A stretch of DNA of 64,000 nucleotides from an uncultured archaeon (GTDB taxonomy: Archaea; Asgardarchaeota; Thorarchaeia; Thorarchaeales; CAZPUN01): NCBI GenBank assembly GCA_964589775.1, contig CAZPUN010000021.1, positions 53,768-117,767 of the forward strand, in the 5' to 3' direction. Below, in pieces: positions 27,787 to 38,137 of the stretch; position 1 is the stretch's first letter; every line of letters starts with the position of its first letter. Made by a program: the position numbers and the translations under genes. A model generated the notes under the pieces. It made no database searches, had not been told where the DNA came from, and saw only the letters and a program-made list of their open reading frames with translations.

Positions 27787-29550
27787 CTATCTGTGCGTCC
27801 ATATAAACTCAATTGTATCCTCTATCTTTTCAACTTTACAAAACGCAAATCTTTCGAATTGAATTATGTCTCCAACTTTTACATTCCTAATATCTGGCTC
27901 GGCGATTCCATCTTCATATGTTCCATCAACCATTAGAATTTTTACTGGCTCTGCAGATTTCCTTGGTACCCATTGAATTATGCGTGCATTATGTTTTCTG
28001 GCATCATCTATGGTTCGACTATGATATTTTGCCTCTCCTTTTCCATTGCTAAATGATTTTAGTTCTATATTCATAAGGTCCTTCAGGCGTACAATTTTTC
28101 CTTGAAGTTTCTCTGCATCTCTCCTCTGTATGTTAATGAACAAATCCGCATTCTCTCTGAATAATGGTATTGTTCTTGTTCCTCGTTCTGGAAAGTCTGG
28201 ATGTATTGGTGGATGCGATTCTACTATGTCCTCAGGAGCTCCGATGATCTTTAATTCTACGGGATCATGTACCATAAAGTATCTATTGGCTACTGGATCT
28301 ATTAGAGCTCTGTTTATTGAGTATATTTGCTCTGGTGAAAACGTAACATCTACAGCACTTAATCCAATATCAAGTAATGCTTGTCTTATTGCTTCTGGTT
28401 TAATTCCTCTTCTCTTCAATGATTGTAGGCTCCATGTTCGTGGATCAGACCAGCCTTGATATTCTCCTGTTCGTACTTTTTCTGCCGATTTGCTTTTACT
28501 TAGTGAGAGATCTTTAATTCGCATTCGACCATAGAGTATGATCTGTGGCTTTTTCCAGCCATAGATATCCCAAATCATATTCTCGATAATTCCTTCCTTT
28601 CGTAGATCTTTTCCTCGAATAATGTGGCTAATTCCAAATTCATGGTCATCGATGCCCCACGAAAATTCCAATAGTGGCCAGACTCTATATTTTGTGCCAA
28701 CACGTGGATGTTCTTTTTCAGAAATTCGTAACATGACCGGGTCTCTTAATGCAGGATCTGGATGTGCCATGTCTGTTTTTAATCGGACCACAGCTCCACG
28801 TTCTGGGTATGTACCATCCAGCATCTTCTCCCAACGTTCGAGATTTTCTTCAATTGAAAGATCACGACATGGGCAGGCTTTCTTTTGCATTTTATACTTT
28901 TCGCGCCATTCTTTTCCATCGCATGTACATACGTATGTCTCGCCCTTTTCTAATGTATCCCGAGCATATTTATAGAATATGTCAAGTCTATCAGATTTAT
29001 AGTATGTTTTATGCCATTTTACACCAAGATATTCAAGTCCTTCAGGAATCATGTCATATGCTTCTGGGTCTATTAATTTTGTTTCTGAACCGATTGTATC
29101 ATCAAAGACCAGATATAGTTCGCCTTTGTATCGTTTGGCATAATAATCATTCAAAACAACCATACGTGAGTTTCCAATATGTAATGGTCCAGAAGGATAT
29201 GGTGCGAGTCTTAATACGATTTTATCATATTTGTCTGCCTCTGGCAATGGAGGTAATTCTTTCTTTTCATCTTTCTTCTTCTGTTGTTCTTCCAAAGCAT
29301 TAGGATCTATTTCCAATAATCGCTTCTTTTGCTCCTCCAAGCTCATAGAATTTACTTTCTCAACAATTTCTTGGATCATTTGTTGTAATTCTTTAATTTT
29401 CTTTTTAAATTCCGGATTGGCTTTTATTGCTGAACCAATTATTGATTTTGGATTAGCTTTTCCGCCATATTTTATTGCATTCAATAGTGCCAATTTTTCA
29501 ATAAGAATTCTATCATCCAACATGATTCCCTCGTTAATATAGTCTAACAT
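27787..29550 (-). CDS. gltX: Glutamyl-tRNA synthetase (archaeal/eukaryal-type class I)
   Basis: The HIGH motif is PSGPLHIGN and the KMSKS-like motif is LSKSKS. Domain order is typical of GluRS. Confidence 0.85.
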   Translation of the reverse strand: MLDYINEGIMLDDRILIEKLALLNAIKYGGKANPKSIIGSAIKANPEFKKKIKELQQMIQEIVEKVNSMSLEEQKKRLLEIDPNALEEQQKKKDEKKELPPLPEADKYDKIVLRLAPYPSGPLHIGNSRMVVLNDYYAKRYKGELYLVFDDTIGSETKLIDPEAYDMIPEGLEYLGVKWHKTYYKSDRLDIFYKYARDTLEKGETYVCTCDGKEWREKYKMQKKACPCRDLSIEENLERWEKMLDGTYPERGAVVRLKTDMAHPDPALRDPVMLRISEKEHPRVGTKYRVWPLLEFSWGIDDHEFGISHIIRGKDLRKEGIIENMIWDIYGWKKPQIILYGRMRIKDLSLSKSKSAEKVRTGEYQGWSDPRTWSLQSLKRRGIKPEAIRQALLDIGLSAVDVTFSPEQIYSINRALIDPVANRYFMVHDPVELKIIGAPEDIVESHPPIHPDFPERGTRTIPLFRENADLFINIQRRDAEKLQGKIVRLKDLMNIELKSFSNGKGEAKYHSRTIDDARKHNARIIQWVPRKSAEPVKILMVDGTYEDGIAEPDIRNVKVGDIIQFERFAFCKVEKIEDTIEFIWTHR

Positions 29551-29589
29551 ATAGCTTTGAGAATTGAGTTAAAAATGTGACGAAAGAGT

Positions 29590-31224
29590 TCATATTAGCC
29601 AGTCATATGAATCAATCGCCATAAATACCATTCTGAATGCATGTATTCGAAACGTGTATGTCAATGGAATTGATGCTTCTCCTGTTTGAGCTTCTATGGC
29701 TTTACTTATTTGAGTTAAAATATCTGTAACTCCTTGTTCTCCAAAACTCGCATAAATCGTATTGAGCGAATATATTTCTATGTCTTGTATTCCAATTCCA
29801 CTTAGAATTAGTATATCTCTAACAATTTCTGAAATGTTTGAATATGAGGCATGAATTATATTTAGTTTGTCTTCTGAAATATTGCCTGCGATTCCGATTG
29901 TGGCGATACTTTCATTACCGAAATTTCTGTATAGGCTTAATCCATAACTATATGGATAATATGAATACACCTCTCCATCCATCGCATATGAAATTGTAGA
30001 GCGTTCAAGTGTAATTCCTTTCTTATTCCAGCCTGCTATTCCCATAGGATGTCCCATTAATAATTGTATGAAATTATCTCCATCTACAAGATCATCTAAA
30101 ACCATTGGCATACCTAAACTTCTAGCTGTGTATCCTTGGTTTTTTATATACGTACCGAGTTGTTCGTAAATTTGGAATGTGTTTGCGCTTGATATGTTTC
30201 CAAGCGTTCTAAGATATCTACAAAGCCCTGGAATATCTACTCTTCTCATATATTGCATCATTTCAAGATTTTCTTCTCTTGCTTGTGAAAAGTCTATTTC
30301 AATTCCTTTTATATAGGATTCAAAATTGTTATCTTTTATCCACTTTGTTAAGTTTTGAGTGATTTTATAATATGTATTTATGTTTTGCATTGATACATGC
30401 CAATCTGAAGTTGAAGTTTCACGTGGCCTAGCGACAATATTAATCCCATGAGTTCCTAAGAACATAGTCATATTGTAAAACCATGAGTTTGTATTGAATT
30501 GATCTGCAGGAGCATCTAAAATAATATAGCCGTATTTTGAGATGTTATTGAGAGTAATATTAGATAATGATGTCCAATTTACATTTGCGCCCAAATCTGG
30601 ACTATAGTCTATTATGAATCCTATCTGAGGCATTTCTTGTGCTACTGGGATTGATACAATTGGATTATGCCCCATATATGAAACAGAATATGGAAAACCA
30701 ATACCTATGATATTCAAGAATACAAACCAGAAAATGCTCTTTCTTGATATCTTGGGTCTTTTTAAACTAACATGCTTTACTCGTTTAAAATGAAATCCAC
30801 CAAATATTAATAGCACACCAAAAAGATTGATTACATTGATAATGGTCATTTTTGATAATAAAGGCGATATTGCCATAAGAAACAAAGATGCGATGAGCAT
30901 CACTAATAATGAACCAATCGTGTTTTTATTTTTATACAAGCCAATTGTAATTAATGGAATTATAAAAAATAGTGGCAGTACCCATAATATTATTGGAATG
31001 AGCTCTAATAGCGTATTACCCGCAAAAATCATTCTAACTAAAACCGAAAGTAATGTGTAAAATAAAATGAATATATTCATAATATATATTGCAAATATCG
31101 CGTAATAATTATACTTGTATGAAACGCCACTTCGATATATTGTCCAGATTTTTTGTATCGTTTGCCGGAATTTATCAGGCGGTCTTGAATTTTCGTCAGC
31201 CATTTTGATCAGCACAATTATCAA
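29590..31224 (-). CDS. Membrane protein with 5-6 N-terminal TM helices and a large sequon-rich extracytoplasmic domain
   Basis: Hydrophobic helices are followed by about 350 aa containing many N-x-S/T sites. No family recognised. Confidence 0.4.
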   Translation of the reverse strand: MIIVLIKMADENSRPPDKFRQTIQKIWTIYRSGVSYKYNYYAIFAIYIMNIFILFYTLLSVLVRMIFAGNTLLELIPIILWVLPLFFIIPLITIGLYKNKNTIGSLLVMLIASLFLMAISPLLSKMTIINVINLFGVLLIFGGFHFKRVKHVSLKRPKISRKSIFWFVFLNIIGIGFPYSVSYMGHNPIVSIPVAQEMPQIGFIIDYSPDLGANVNWTSLSNITLNNISKYGYIILDAPADQFNTNSWFYNMTMFLGTHGINIVARPRETSTSDWHVSMQNINTYYKITQNLTKWIKDNNFESYIKGIEIDFSQAREENLEMMQYMRRVDIPGLCRYLRTLGNISSANTFQIYEQLGTYIKNQGYTARSLGMPMVLDDLVDGDNFIQLLMGHPMGIAGWNKKGITLERSTISYAMDGEVYSYYPYSYGLSLYRNFGNESIATIGIAGNISEDKLNIIHASYSNISEIVRDILILSGIGIQDIEIYSLNTIYASFGEQGVTDILTQISKAIEAQTGEASIPLTYTFRIHAFRMVFMAIDSYDWLI

Positions 31225-31289
31225 TTATATTTTAATAAGGGATATATTATAATTTCTAATATATAATTAAGTAATAAAAAACATTTGAG

Positions 31290-32246
31290 GTGCGCAATTT
31301 GGTTAGTGGATATTTTGTTATTGTTTTATTGACGAATCTTACGTTTCTATGGTTATTTATTTCTGGTGCGCTTATGGAAGTGCTCTCGCAGCGTGTATTC
31401 AGAAGTGCATACGTGGTTGACAGCTTAGTATTCAGAATTTTAATGGGTCCTGGAATTATCATGCATGAATCTTCACATGCGCTTGCATGTATTTTAACAC
31501 GTACTAAAATTGTAGAATTCAAACCGTATAAGATTGAGAAAACTGCAGATGGATATATTTTGGGCTACGTAAAGCATGTCGAGCCATCTTCAAGCTTAAA
31601 ATCTGCAATTATCGGTATTGCACCGATGTTTATGTCATTTGTAATTTTAGGTCTTATTTCTTTAGTTCTTCCATCCAATCCCCCATTGGGCGGGCAAATT
31701 TGGTCCGGATTACAAACATTAATTGCAGCAAAATTCTCAACTGATGTTGGAATAGTGCTTGCGGTATATAGTTCCATCATAGTTGGCGTATTGATTGGTA
31801 TCGGGAATCTTACGATACTGAATCCGATCTTTTGGTTATTCCTCTATTTGGCATTAACAATTTCATTCATGGCAAATCCATCATCCCAGGACTTAACAAA
31901 TGCGAACAAAGGTCTAAAAATAATTATTGTATTTAACGCAATTTGGCTCCTTATTTCATTTCTATTGCCTGCTTCGGGATATGCTTTATTTGGTCTCTAT
32001 GAATTATTATCTGTAATATTCTCACTTGCGACGGCGTTTACAATACTTGCATGGGGAACTTTTGTAATCGGTTATTTTCTTTCTCGACTCAGAATACCAT
32101 TTAATATTATTGCGATCATAATCATGTTTGTTGTGCATTTTCCGTTATCTTCAATTATAGCTCCAGCTGCACTGTTGACCTTGGTTGATTTTGGTGTTCT
32201 GCTAGGCGTCTCAATTATTATGAATCTGGTACCTGCCTTCAGATGA
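31290..32246 (+). CDS. Polytopic membrane protein with an HExxH motif (putative intramembrane/juxtamembrane zinc metalloprotease)
   Basis: GIIMHESSHALACIL is an HExxH motif next to a TM helix. It has a GTG start. Confidence 0.35.
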   Translation: MRNLVSGYFVIVLLTNLTFLWLFISGALMEVLSQRVFRSAYVVDSLVFRILMGPGIIMHESSHALACILTRTKIVEFKPYKIEKTADGYILGYVKHVEPSSSLKSAIIGIAPMFMSFVILGLISLVLPSNPPLGGQIWSGLQTLIAAKFSTDVGIVLAVYSSIIVGVLIGIGNLTILNPIFWLFLYLALTISFMANPSSQDLTNANKGLKIIIVFNAIWLLISFLLPASGYALFGLYELLSVIFSLATAFTILAWGTFVIGYFLSRLRIPFNIIAIIIMFVVHFPLSSIIAPAALLTLVDFGVLLGVSIIMNLVPAFR

Positions 32247-32370
32247 TAATTCTTTTATTTTCTATTTTTTCAAAAATATTTATGAGTAATTTATTTATAC
32301 TCTATAATCATAAAGATATTTGAGAGTCAATTCAATTTGAATTTAATGAGAAAAATCAAACCTCTTTGAA

Positions 32371-33984
32371 GTGATTTTAATGAGTGCAGGAGAGAAAAAA
32401 ACAACAGCACCAGAGAGCAGAAAGGAAGCGATTGAAGCAGTTCTACGTGAATCTGGCTTAAGTGATGAAGAAATCTCTATTTATTTAGGGACAGACCGTG
32501 ATACTAGTTTTTCAGGTCCGGTTGAAGAATCTTTAACCCTGCCTGAAGGAGTATCTGTTGCGGATGAAGATGCTATTGAGAAAGTTATTGAAGAGGAATT
32601 TGAAGAAGCATTAAAGTGGGTAGATTCCCTAGAATCTAAAGAACGCACGCCTGAATTGATCGAGGCTGCACCCGAAGAAGGTTTCGATGTCATATTAGAT
32701 AAGCTTGAGGAATTACGAACTGAAGTAAATAGGCTTCAAAGAGGAATTATCACCGTTTTTGCCAGTCAACTGTTGCAACTACGTAAAAAGATCAGTAGTT
32801 TATCTGGTGATATATCTGATGAAATGGTTCGACGATTACGTATGAAATTCTTCAAACCCTTTATTGAAACGACATATCGTTCTATTGTAGATGATGAATT
32901 TGAAAGGCTAGAACGTGAAATAATAGATAATATTGTTAAATCGACCGGAGATAAATTCAAAGAATTTGCAATTAGTGTCCGTGAGTCTGAAGAAAAACTA
33001 CGTAGCGTAGTTATGGATCAAAAAGAAGTTGTTGAAGAATATCTAAAGAGCTTAGAACGTGAACTCGATGCTGAGCGCGATAAGAACATTAAGAACACTC
33101 GAATTATTGAAGATTTGAAAAGAGAAAATCTCGAGCTAAGAAAGCAATTAGGTCTTCTGCGTGAGAAGGGTGCGATTGCCGGAGAAACTGATAGACGTAT
33201 TGATGAACTTACTGATGAACTTGATTCTCTGCGTGCTCAGATTGCTAAGAAAGATGTTACTATCGCGGGTCTCCGAGAAAGTTTGGAAAAAGCTAAACAA
33301 AGAATTGATGAGTTAACGAAACGTAATGGCGACCTTGAAGCGCAATTAGAAATATTCAAGACTGAGGCATCATCTGGTTCTGCGGATGTTGAGAAGTATC
33401 GTATTGAAATTGAGAGTTTGAAATCCAAGATTAGTATTTTAGAAAAAGCTCTCGAAGAAAAACGAATGCAAGCTGAACTTGCGCAATCTAAGATTCGCAA
33501 ATTAGAAGATGAACTTGAATTGGCCCGCTCTACGACATCTGAATCTACTGTAACTGTTTCTGAGGATGTTATGAAAGAGCTAACTGAGCTACGCGAGCGT
33601 ATCAAACATGTTGTTGAGCTTGAAGAAAAAGTTTCAAAGTTAGAAGATGAACGGAAGCAATATATTGCTAAAATTGATGAACTCAAAGCTCAAGTTGACG
33701 AAGCGCAGCAAAATGCGATGGCATTTCAGCAAATTGTAGAAGATCTTCAAAAGGCTAAGGATGAAGCGGAATATCTCATGGGTCGTTATAAGACAATCTT
33801 AGATTCAGACAATCAATATAAGATGATTATTTTACTTGATAGTGTTAAAGCAATGAATTTGGATGCATTAGCAAAGACACTTGGAGCTCCGAAGGGTCTT
33901 GTCAAATCTTGGGCTATGAAATTACAAAAGCTTGGGCTTGTAGAAATTGAAGGCGATGTGGTACGGGTTGTCGAACGACTCTAA
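32371..33984 (+). CDS. Long coiled-coil protein with a C-terminal winged-helix domain (paralog A)
   Basis: About 350 aa of heptad-rich E/K/L/R sequence. The C-terminus reads LDALAKTLGAPKGLVKSWAMKLQKLGLVEIEGD. It shares Y.I.DDEF and the C-terminal wH with the 57398 and 63363 proteins. Confidence 0.55.
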   Translation: MILMSAGEKKTTAPESRKEAIEAVLRESGLSDEEISIYLGTDRDTSFSGPVEESLTLPEGVSVADEDAIEKVIEEEFEEALKWVDSLESKERTPELIEAAPEEGFDVILDKLEELRTEVNRLQRGIITVFASQLLQLRKKISSLSGDISDEMVRRLRMKFFKPFIETTYRSIVDDEFERLEREIIDNIVKSTGDKFKEFAISVRESEEKLRSVVMDQKEVVEEYLKSLERELDAERDKNIKNTRIIEDLKRENLELRKQLGLLREKGAIAGETDRRIDELTDELDSLRAQIAKKDVTIAGLRESLEKAKQRIDELTKRNGDLEAQLEIFKTEASSGSADVEKYRIEIESLKSKISILEKALEEKRMQAELAQSKIRKLEDELELARSTTSESTVTVSEDVMKELTELRERIKHVVELEEKVSKLEDERKQYIAKIDELKAQVDEAQQNAMAFQQIVEDLQKAKDEAEYLMGRYKTILDSDNQYKMIILLDSVKAMNLDALAKTLGAPKGLVKSWAMKLQKLGLVEIEGDVVRVVERL

Positions 33985-34331
33985 AATGTTATAGTTCTAT
34001 CGCCTTCATTCATTGCTTCTATTATTTTTTTCCAATATTCTGCCATGGAAATTAAAGATCTGGAAAAATCTTGAGAAAGCCAGAATTTGCCTTGTTTCTT
34101 TTCAATCATTCCGATATCTCTTAATTTTCTCATTACTTTTACGTATAATCCTCTACTTGTATATAGGAAATCCTCCCATTTCTCTACGGGATAAACTCCA
34201 CCATTCTCGATTAATTTGTTTAAGATCTTAGAAGCTTGTATCACTTGCAATTCAGTAAAAAATATATATCTCAGTAGATGGTTTGGCGATATTAATGTAG
34301 GTCTTTTTACTATAGTTATTTTTGAGGGCAT
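33981..34331 (-). CDS. Small hypothetical protein, possibly winged-helix
   Basis: LYVKVMRKLRDIGMIEKKQGKFWLSQDF is wH-like. It overlaps the 32371 gene by 4 nt and is convergent with it. Confidence 0.3.
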   Translation of the reverse strand: MPSKITIVKRPTLISPNHLLRYIFFTELQVIQASKILNKLIENGGVYPVEKWEDFLYTSRGLYVKVMRKLRDIGMIEKKQGKFWLSQDFSRSLISMAEYWKKIIEAMNEGDRTITF

Positions 34332-34469
34332 TTTAAATCTCTCTAGCTTTTGTATTCATTACATATTATTCTACATTTTTTGTTTTTTAATCAATTTTTT
34401 GTATTTAAGTTAAAAAATATAAGTATCATCCACCATATAATTTTATAATAGGAGGTCTATAACTCTAAA

Positions 34470-35195
34470 ATGAAACATGAAAATAAAAAGCTGATCAACA
34501 TTAGTGAACTCATTGGCTTCGATATTGGGCTGTCTCTAAAACCATCTCTAATTCGGAATGATTTTGATTGGACTCTTGAATGGCTTATTTCAATACAGTC
34601 AGACATAGATTATCTATTGATTGAAGCCGAACGTGAAGAAGATTATTTATCTTTGGATGAACTTCAGAGAATCTCTAGAAATGCGCCATCTGTACAAATT
34701 ATACCTACTGTACAAATTAGGCGTCGTTTGGCTGAAGAACGAATACTGAAATATAAAAAAATTGGTGCTGTAAATCTTGTTGCCGGTGATATCAAATATC
34801 TTCGAAAAGGAGAAGAAAATTTTGATTCCCGAACTCGTATGTACAGTGCAGTGAAACTTGCTATTAAAAATAATTTTCACCTTATTTGGGTCGGTATTGA
34901 TCATTTGCGAGGTCCTGCACTTTATTTATCAAATAAATATCCCCGACGGTTAGGTTTTGTACATAGAAATTGGCTTTATACCTATTATCCGCCTATTGCT
35001 GAAGCTGATGAATATTATATGGTTGATCTTGAATCACTCAAGGATGATGATGTGGGTATTACATTCAGGGTTCTTCTAGAATTAAGTGCTCGTGGCTTTA
35101 TTGCGAAAGTTACAAATTTAGATTTTAATTTACACAAATGTATTGTATCGATGAAAGAAAAAATAAACAACCAAATAATTCGCCTGAATTTGTAA
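34470..35195 (+). CDS. Hypothetical protein (241 aa)
   Basis: No family recognised. Confidence 0.4.
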   Translation: MKHENKKLINISELIGFDIGLSLKPSLIRNDFDWTLEWLISIQSDIDYLLIEAEREEDYLSLDELQRISRNAPSVQIIPTVQIRRRLAEERILKYKKIGAVNLVAGDIKYLRKGEENFDSRTRMYSAVKLAIKNNFHLIWVGIDHLRGPALYLSNKYPRRLGFVHRNWLYTYYPPIAEADEYYMVDLESLKDDDVGITFRVLLELSARGFIAKVTNLDFNLHKCIVSMKEKINNQIIRLNL

Positions 35196-35206
35196 AAATA
35201 GTTAAT

Positions 35207-35300
35207 ATGGGATGGCGGGTGGTGCCATCCTTAGAAATAGGTCCATGGATTTTACCATGGAAAGTCGGGTGGGTCATTGGGTGGAGAGTACATTTTTGAT
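35207..35300 (+). terminator. Compound GC-rich hairpin element after the stop codon (candidate terminator or structured 3'UTR)
   Basis: GGATGGC-GGGTGGT-GCCATCC spans 35210-35230 and TCCATGG-ATTTTA-CCATGGA spans 35242-35261. There are three CGGGTGG/TGGGTGG motifs, and T-tracts follow. Confidence 0.4.
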
Positions 35301-35492
35301 TTCACCTTTTATTGTGGGTCATACATTAATGCCAAACTTTCCTATTTATTCTCCACACCCAAGAAATCTGCAAAAATTTTTATGAGTCTATATAAATGTT
35401 AAGTGTTTAATACATGAAATAAAAATTAATCGTGATGTTCTTATATGAAATATTTGATTATATAATTCATAATTCTTTCATTGGTGTATAAA

Positions 35493-36845
35493 ATGTCGGA
35501 AATTTACATTAAAAATGCAAAGATTGTTACGATGGATCCAAATAATAGAATTATTGAAAACGGTTTTGTCCATATAAAAGACGATTATATTGTAGATATT
35601 GGTAAGGGTAGCAAATCCATAGACGGCGGGTGCGTAATTGATGCAGAAGGTGACATTCTATTACCCGGTTTAGTTAATACACATACACATTTATTTCAAA
35701 CATTAGGAAAAGGACTTGGTTCCGATTCTGATTTACTCGGGTGGTTCAAAGGTGCGTGGGAGCCTATTGCAAAAGCATTAAACAAAGAACTATATGAGAC
35801 TGCTATACTCGCTAGTGCAATTGAATCGATTCATTCTGGAACAACGTCATTATTGGCATATGAACATATTCTAAGTGCAAAATCGGAATTGCTTGATGTT
35901 GTTGTTTCTACAATAAAGAAAATGGGCATTAGGACCATTTTAGGAATTGGATATCAAGACCAGGGATTTGAGATTGGTGCGCCTCGTATTGCTGTACAAC
36001 CCACTGACGAAATAATTTCATTTCTCGAAGATAGCCTAAATCGATATCATACAGGAAATGACATGTTTCGTATTTGGTTAGCTCCTGGAACTATGAACTG
36101 GATTTCTGATGATCTCATTCGTGCTACCAAAGATCTTGCTAATCAATTTAATACAGGCATTACGATTCATATGGATGAAACACAAAGCGAATGTAATTAT
36201 AGTTTGAAAACTCGTGGTGTAAATGAAATTATGTATGCATACAAGACTGGACTTCTTGATGATAATGTCTTAGTTGTTCATGGTGTTTGGGCTGATGATC
36301 AATCTATACAAGCGATTGCAAAATCAAATGCAAAATATTCTCACAATCCCGTGAGTAATTGTTATCTTGCATCTGGGATTGCGCCTCTCAAAAAGTATCT
36401 AGATGCAGGTATCATGTCCGGTCTTGCGACTGATGGTGCCGCAAGCAATAATACTTTGGATATGTTTGAAGTTATCAGATTAACTGGTTTAATTCACAAA
36501 GGTTACAATCGAAATCCGAAAGAAATAACTTCTGAGCAGATATTACGTATGGCTACTATCAATGGTGCTAGAGCTATATTAATGGATAATATTGGCTCAA
36601 TTGAAATAGGTAAGAAGGCGGACCTTATAATCATCGACGGTAAAAGTCCAAATATTCTCCCCATTCATAATTTAATATCTAACATTGTATATGCTTTTGG
36701 AAGAACACAAGTAAAAACATCAATAATTAATGGACGAATTGTTATGGAGAATGGTAAAATTTTGCATTTGAACGAATCTGAGATAATTGAAAAATTATAT
36801 AAAATCACAAAGAAATTAAGTGATGATTTGAGTATGAATACCTAA
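35493..36845 (+). CDS. Amidohydrolase-family deaminase (MTA/SAH- or 5'-deoxyadenosine-deaminase-like)
   Basis: The metal-binding motif is LPGLVNTHTHL. HMDE, VVHGV and GLATDG resemble MtaD/chlorohydrolase. The start is the ATG at 35493. Confidence 0.7.
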   Translation: MSEIYIKNAKIVTMDPNNRIIENGFVHIKDDYIVDIGKGSKSIDGGCVIDAEGDILLPGLVNTHTHLFQTLGKGLGSDSDLLGWFKGAWEPIAKALNKELYETAILASAIESIHSGTTSLLAYEHILSAKSELLDVVVSTIKKMGIRTILGIGYQDQGFEIGAPRIAVQPTDEIISFLEDSLNRYHTGNDMFRIWLAPGTMNWISDDLIRATKDLANQFNTGITIHMDETQSECNYSLKTRGVNEIMYAYKTGLLDDNVLVVHGVWADDQSIQAIAKSNAKYSHNPVSNCYLASGIAPLKKYLDAGIMSGLATDGAASNNTLDMFEVIRLTGLIHKGYNRNPKEITSEQILRMATINGARAILMDNIGSIEIGKKADLIIIDGKSPNILPIHNLISNIVYAFGRTQVKTSIINGRIVMENGKILHLNESEIIEKLYKITKKLSDDLSMNT

Positions 36846-36899
36846 ATTTTTTTTTACTCCTTTTGTATTTTCTAATTGAATATGGTATGATTTATCGAA

Positions 36900-37625
36900 T
36901 TAATGAATGTTCTTTATAATATTTGAAATCTGTTGAAGAATGTCGCTATCCTCTGAAATTTTGAATGCGTTATACGTTTCGGATTCTGCATCGTATAAGT
37001 ACGTGAAATTTACAATATGTTCTTTCATGATTTTTAATGTATGTGGATCAAGCACTTCATTTACGTCTTTATTGTTCTCATCGGTAATTATGAAAATGAA
37101 ATCTGAACCCTCGATGATCGATTTATCCTGAAACGCGTCTTTCATAATTATCCAGAATGTAATTGAAATATTATCATGATTTGGAATAGATGTTAATTCT
37201 GCTAATTGAACACTTTTCATTGCTTTATCCGCAAATGACTTCGGGAATCCTATTTTTTCCAAGAAGAATTTTAATGCTTCATATGATGTTGAAATTAAAA
37301 TTACCTTTAATCGTATGTCCTCCATATTATATTCATCTGCAGTGACCTGTTTTTCTTTGATTTCTGGTGGTTCTTGCATATTTAGATACATTCGAATTAT
37401 TGATTCTATTTTTGCAGTGGATTCTTGAACATCATGTTCAGAGAGTATATCAATTATGGAGGATATTATGTTCTTTACCGTTTCTTTGGTTAATTCCTTA
37501 GAAAATAGTATGTTCTCTCCTTTAGATAGACTTACAAATCCGTTTGAATAATTTAATTCATATCCTTCTTTAAGCTTCAAGATATATCCTCCAAACAATA
37601 TAATAAATAAAAATAACAAATTCAT
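36900..37625 (-). CDS. Hypothetical protein with an N-terminal signal/anchor helix
   Basis: The N-terminus is hydrophobic. No family recognised. Confidence 0.35.
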   Translation of the reverse strand: MNLLFLFIILFGGYILKLKEGYELNYSNGFVSLSKGENILFSKELTKETVKNIISSIIDILSEHDVQESTAKIESIIRMYLNMQEPPEIKEKQVTADEYNMEDIRLKVILISTSYEALKFFLEKIGFPKSFADKAMKSVQLAELTSIPNHDNISITFWIIMKDAFQDKSIIEGSDFIFIITDENNKDVNEVLDPHTLKIMKEHIVNFTYLYDAESETYNAFKISEDSDILQQISNIIKNIH

Positions 37626-37649
37626 ATTTATAACTTATTCTGGTCTTGA

Positions 37650-38054
37650 CTAGCTGATTCTTTTGATATATTGTAGCATTAAGACAATAATTATTATCGC
37701 AAGAATTAATGTTGAATAGATTAATGACTCATAGCTAATCGAAAATAGATCAATGAGTACAAACATTCCCGCTTGAGCAAAAACACTAATTAAAAATCCC
37801 AAAAACATAGTGAGATATAATTGATATTGTGGGACATATCCTTTTGGATATATGCTATCCTCTGGGCGATTCATTGAATTTCGAATTAGTCTCTGTTTAT
37901 TGTATCTCAAGAATAGAAATGATATTATTAATGTTGAAAATGCATAAGATATAAATGCGGCAGCATGGTTTATTATATAGAATATTCCGCCTGCTACTAC
38001 TATTAAAAGAGCCATGAATAAACTGATAGTATTTAATAGACCCTCATTATTCAT
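37650..38054 (-). CDS. Small four-TM membrane protein
   Basis: It has four hydrophobic helices. Confidence 0.4.
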   Translation of the reverse strand: MNNEGLLNTISLFMALLIVVAGGIFYIINHAAAFISYAFSTLIISFLFLRYNKQRLIRNSMNRPEDSIYPKGYVPQYQLYLTMFLGFLISVFAQAGMFVLIDLFSISYESLIYSTLILAIIIIVLMLQYIKRIS

Positions 38055-38137
38055 TAATAATCACCATTGTTCCTTGCATGTCCTATTTCTAAACTCTTTT
38101 ATAAAGGCTTTGTTTATTATAATTGTGGAGGTATATT

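Noticed and set aside
35209-35232. GGATGGC-GGGTGGT-GCCATCC hairpin as an anticodon stem-loop of a tRNA
   Set aside because: The 7-nt loop lacks U33. No flanking tRNA elements are present. It sits directly after a stop codon, so a terminator or 3'UTR role is more plausible.
36900-37625. C-terminal half of the 36900 protein as a degenerate small GTPase (ILISTSY... / IITDENNKD)
   Set aside because: No P-loop and no DxxG are present, and the NKxD resemblance is weak. It is insufficient to call and is left as hypothetical.
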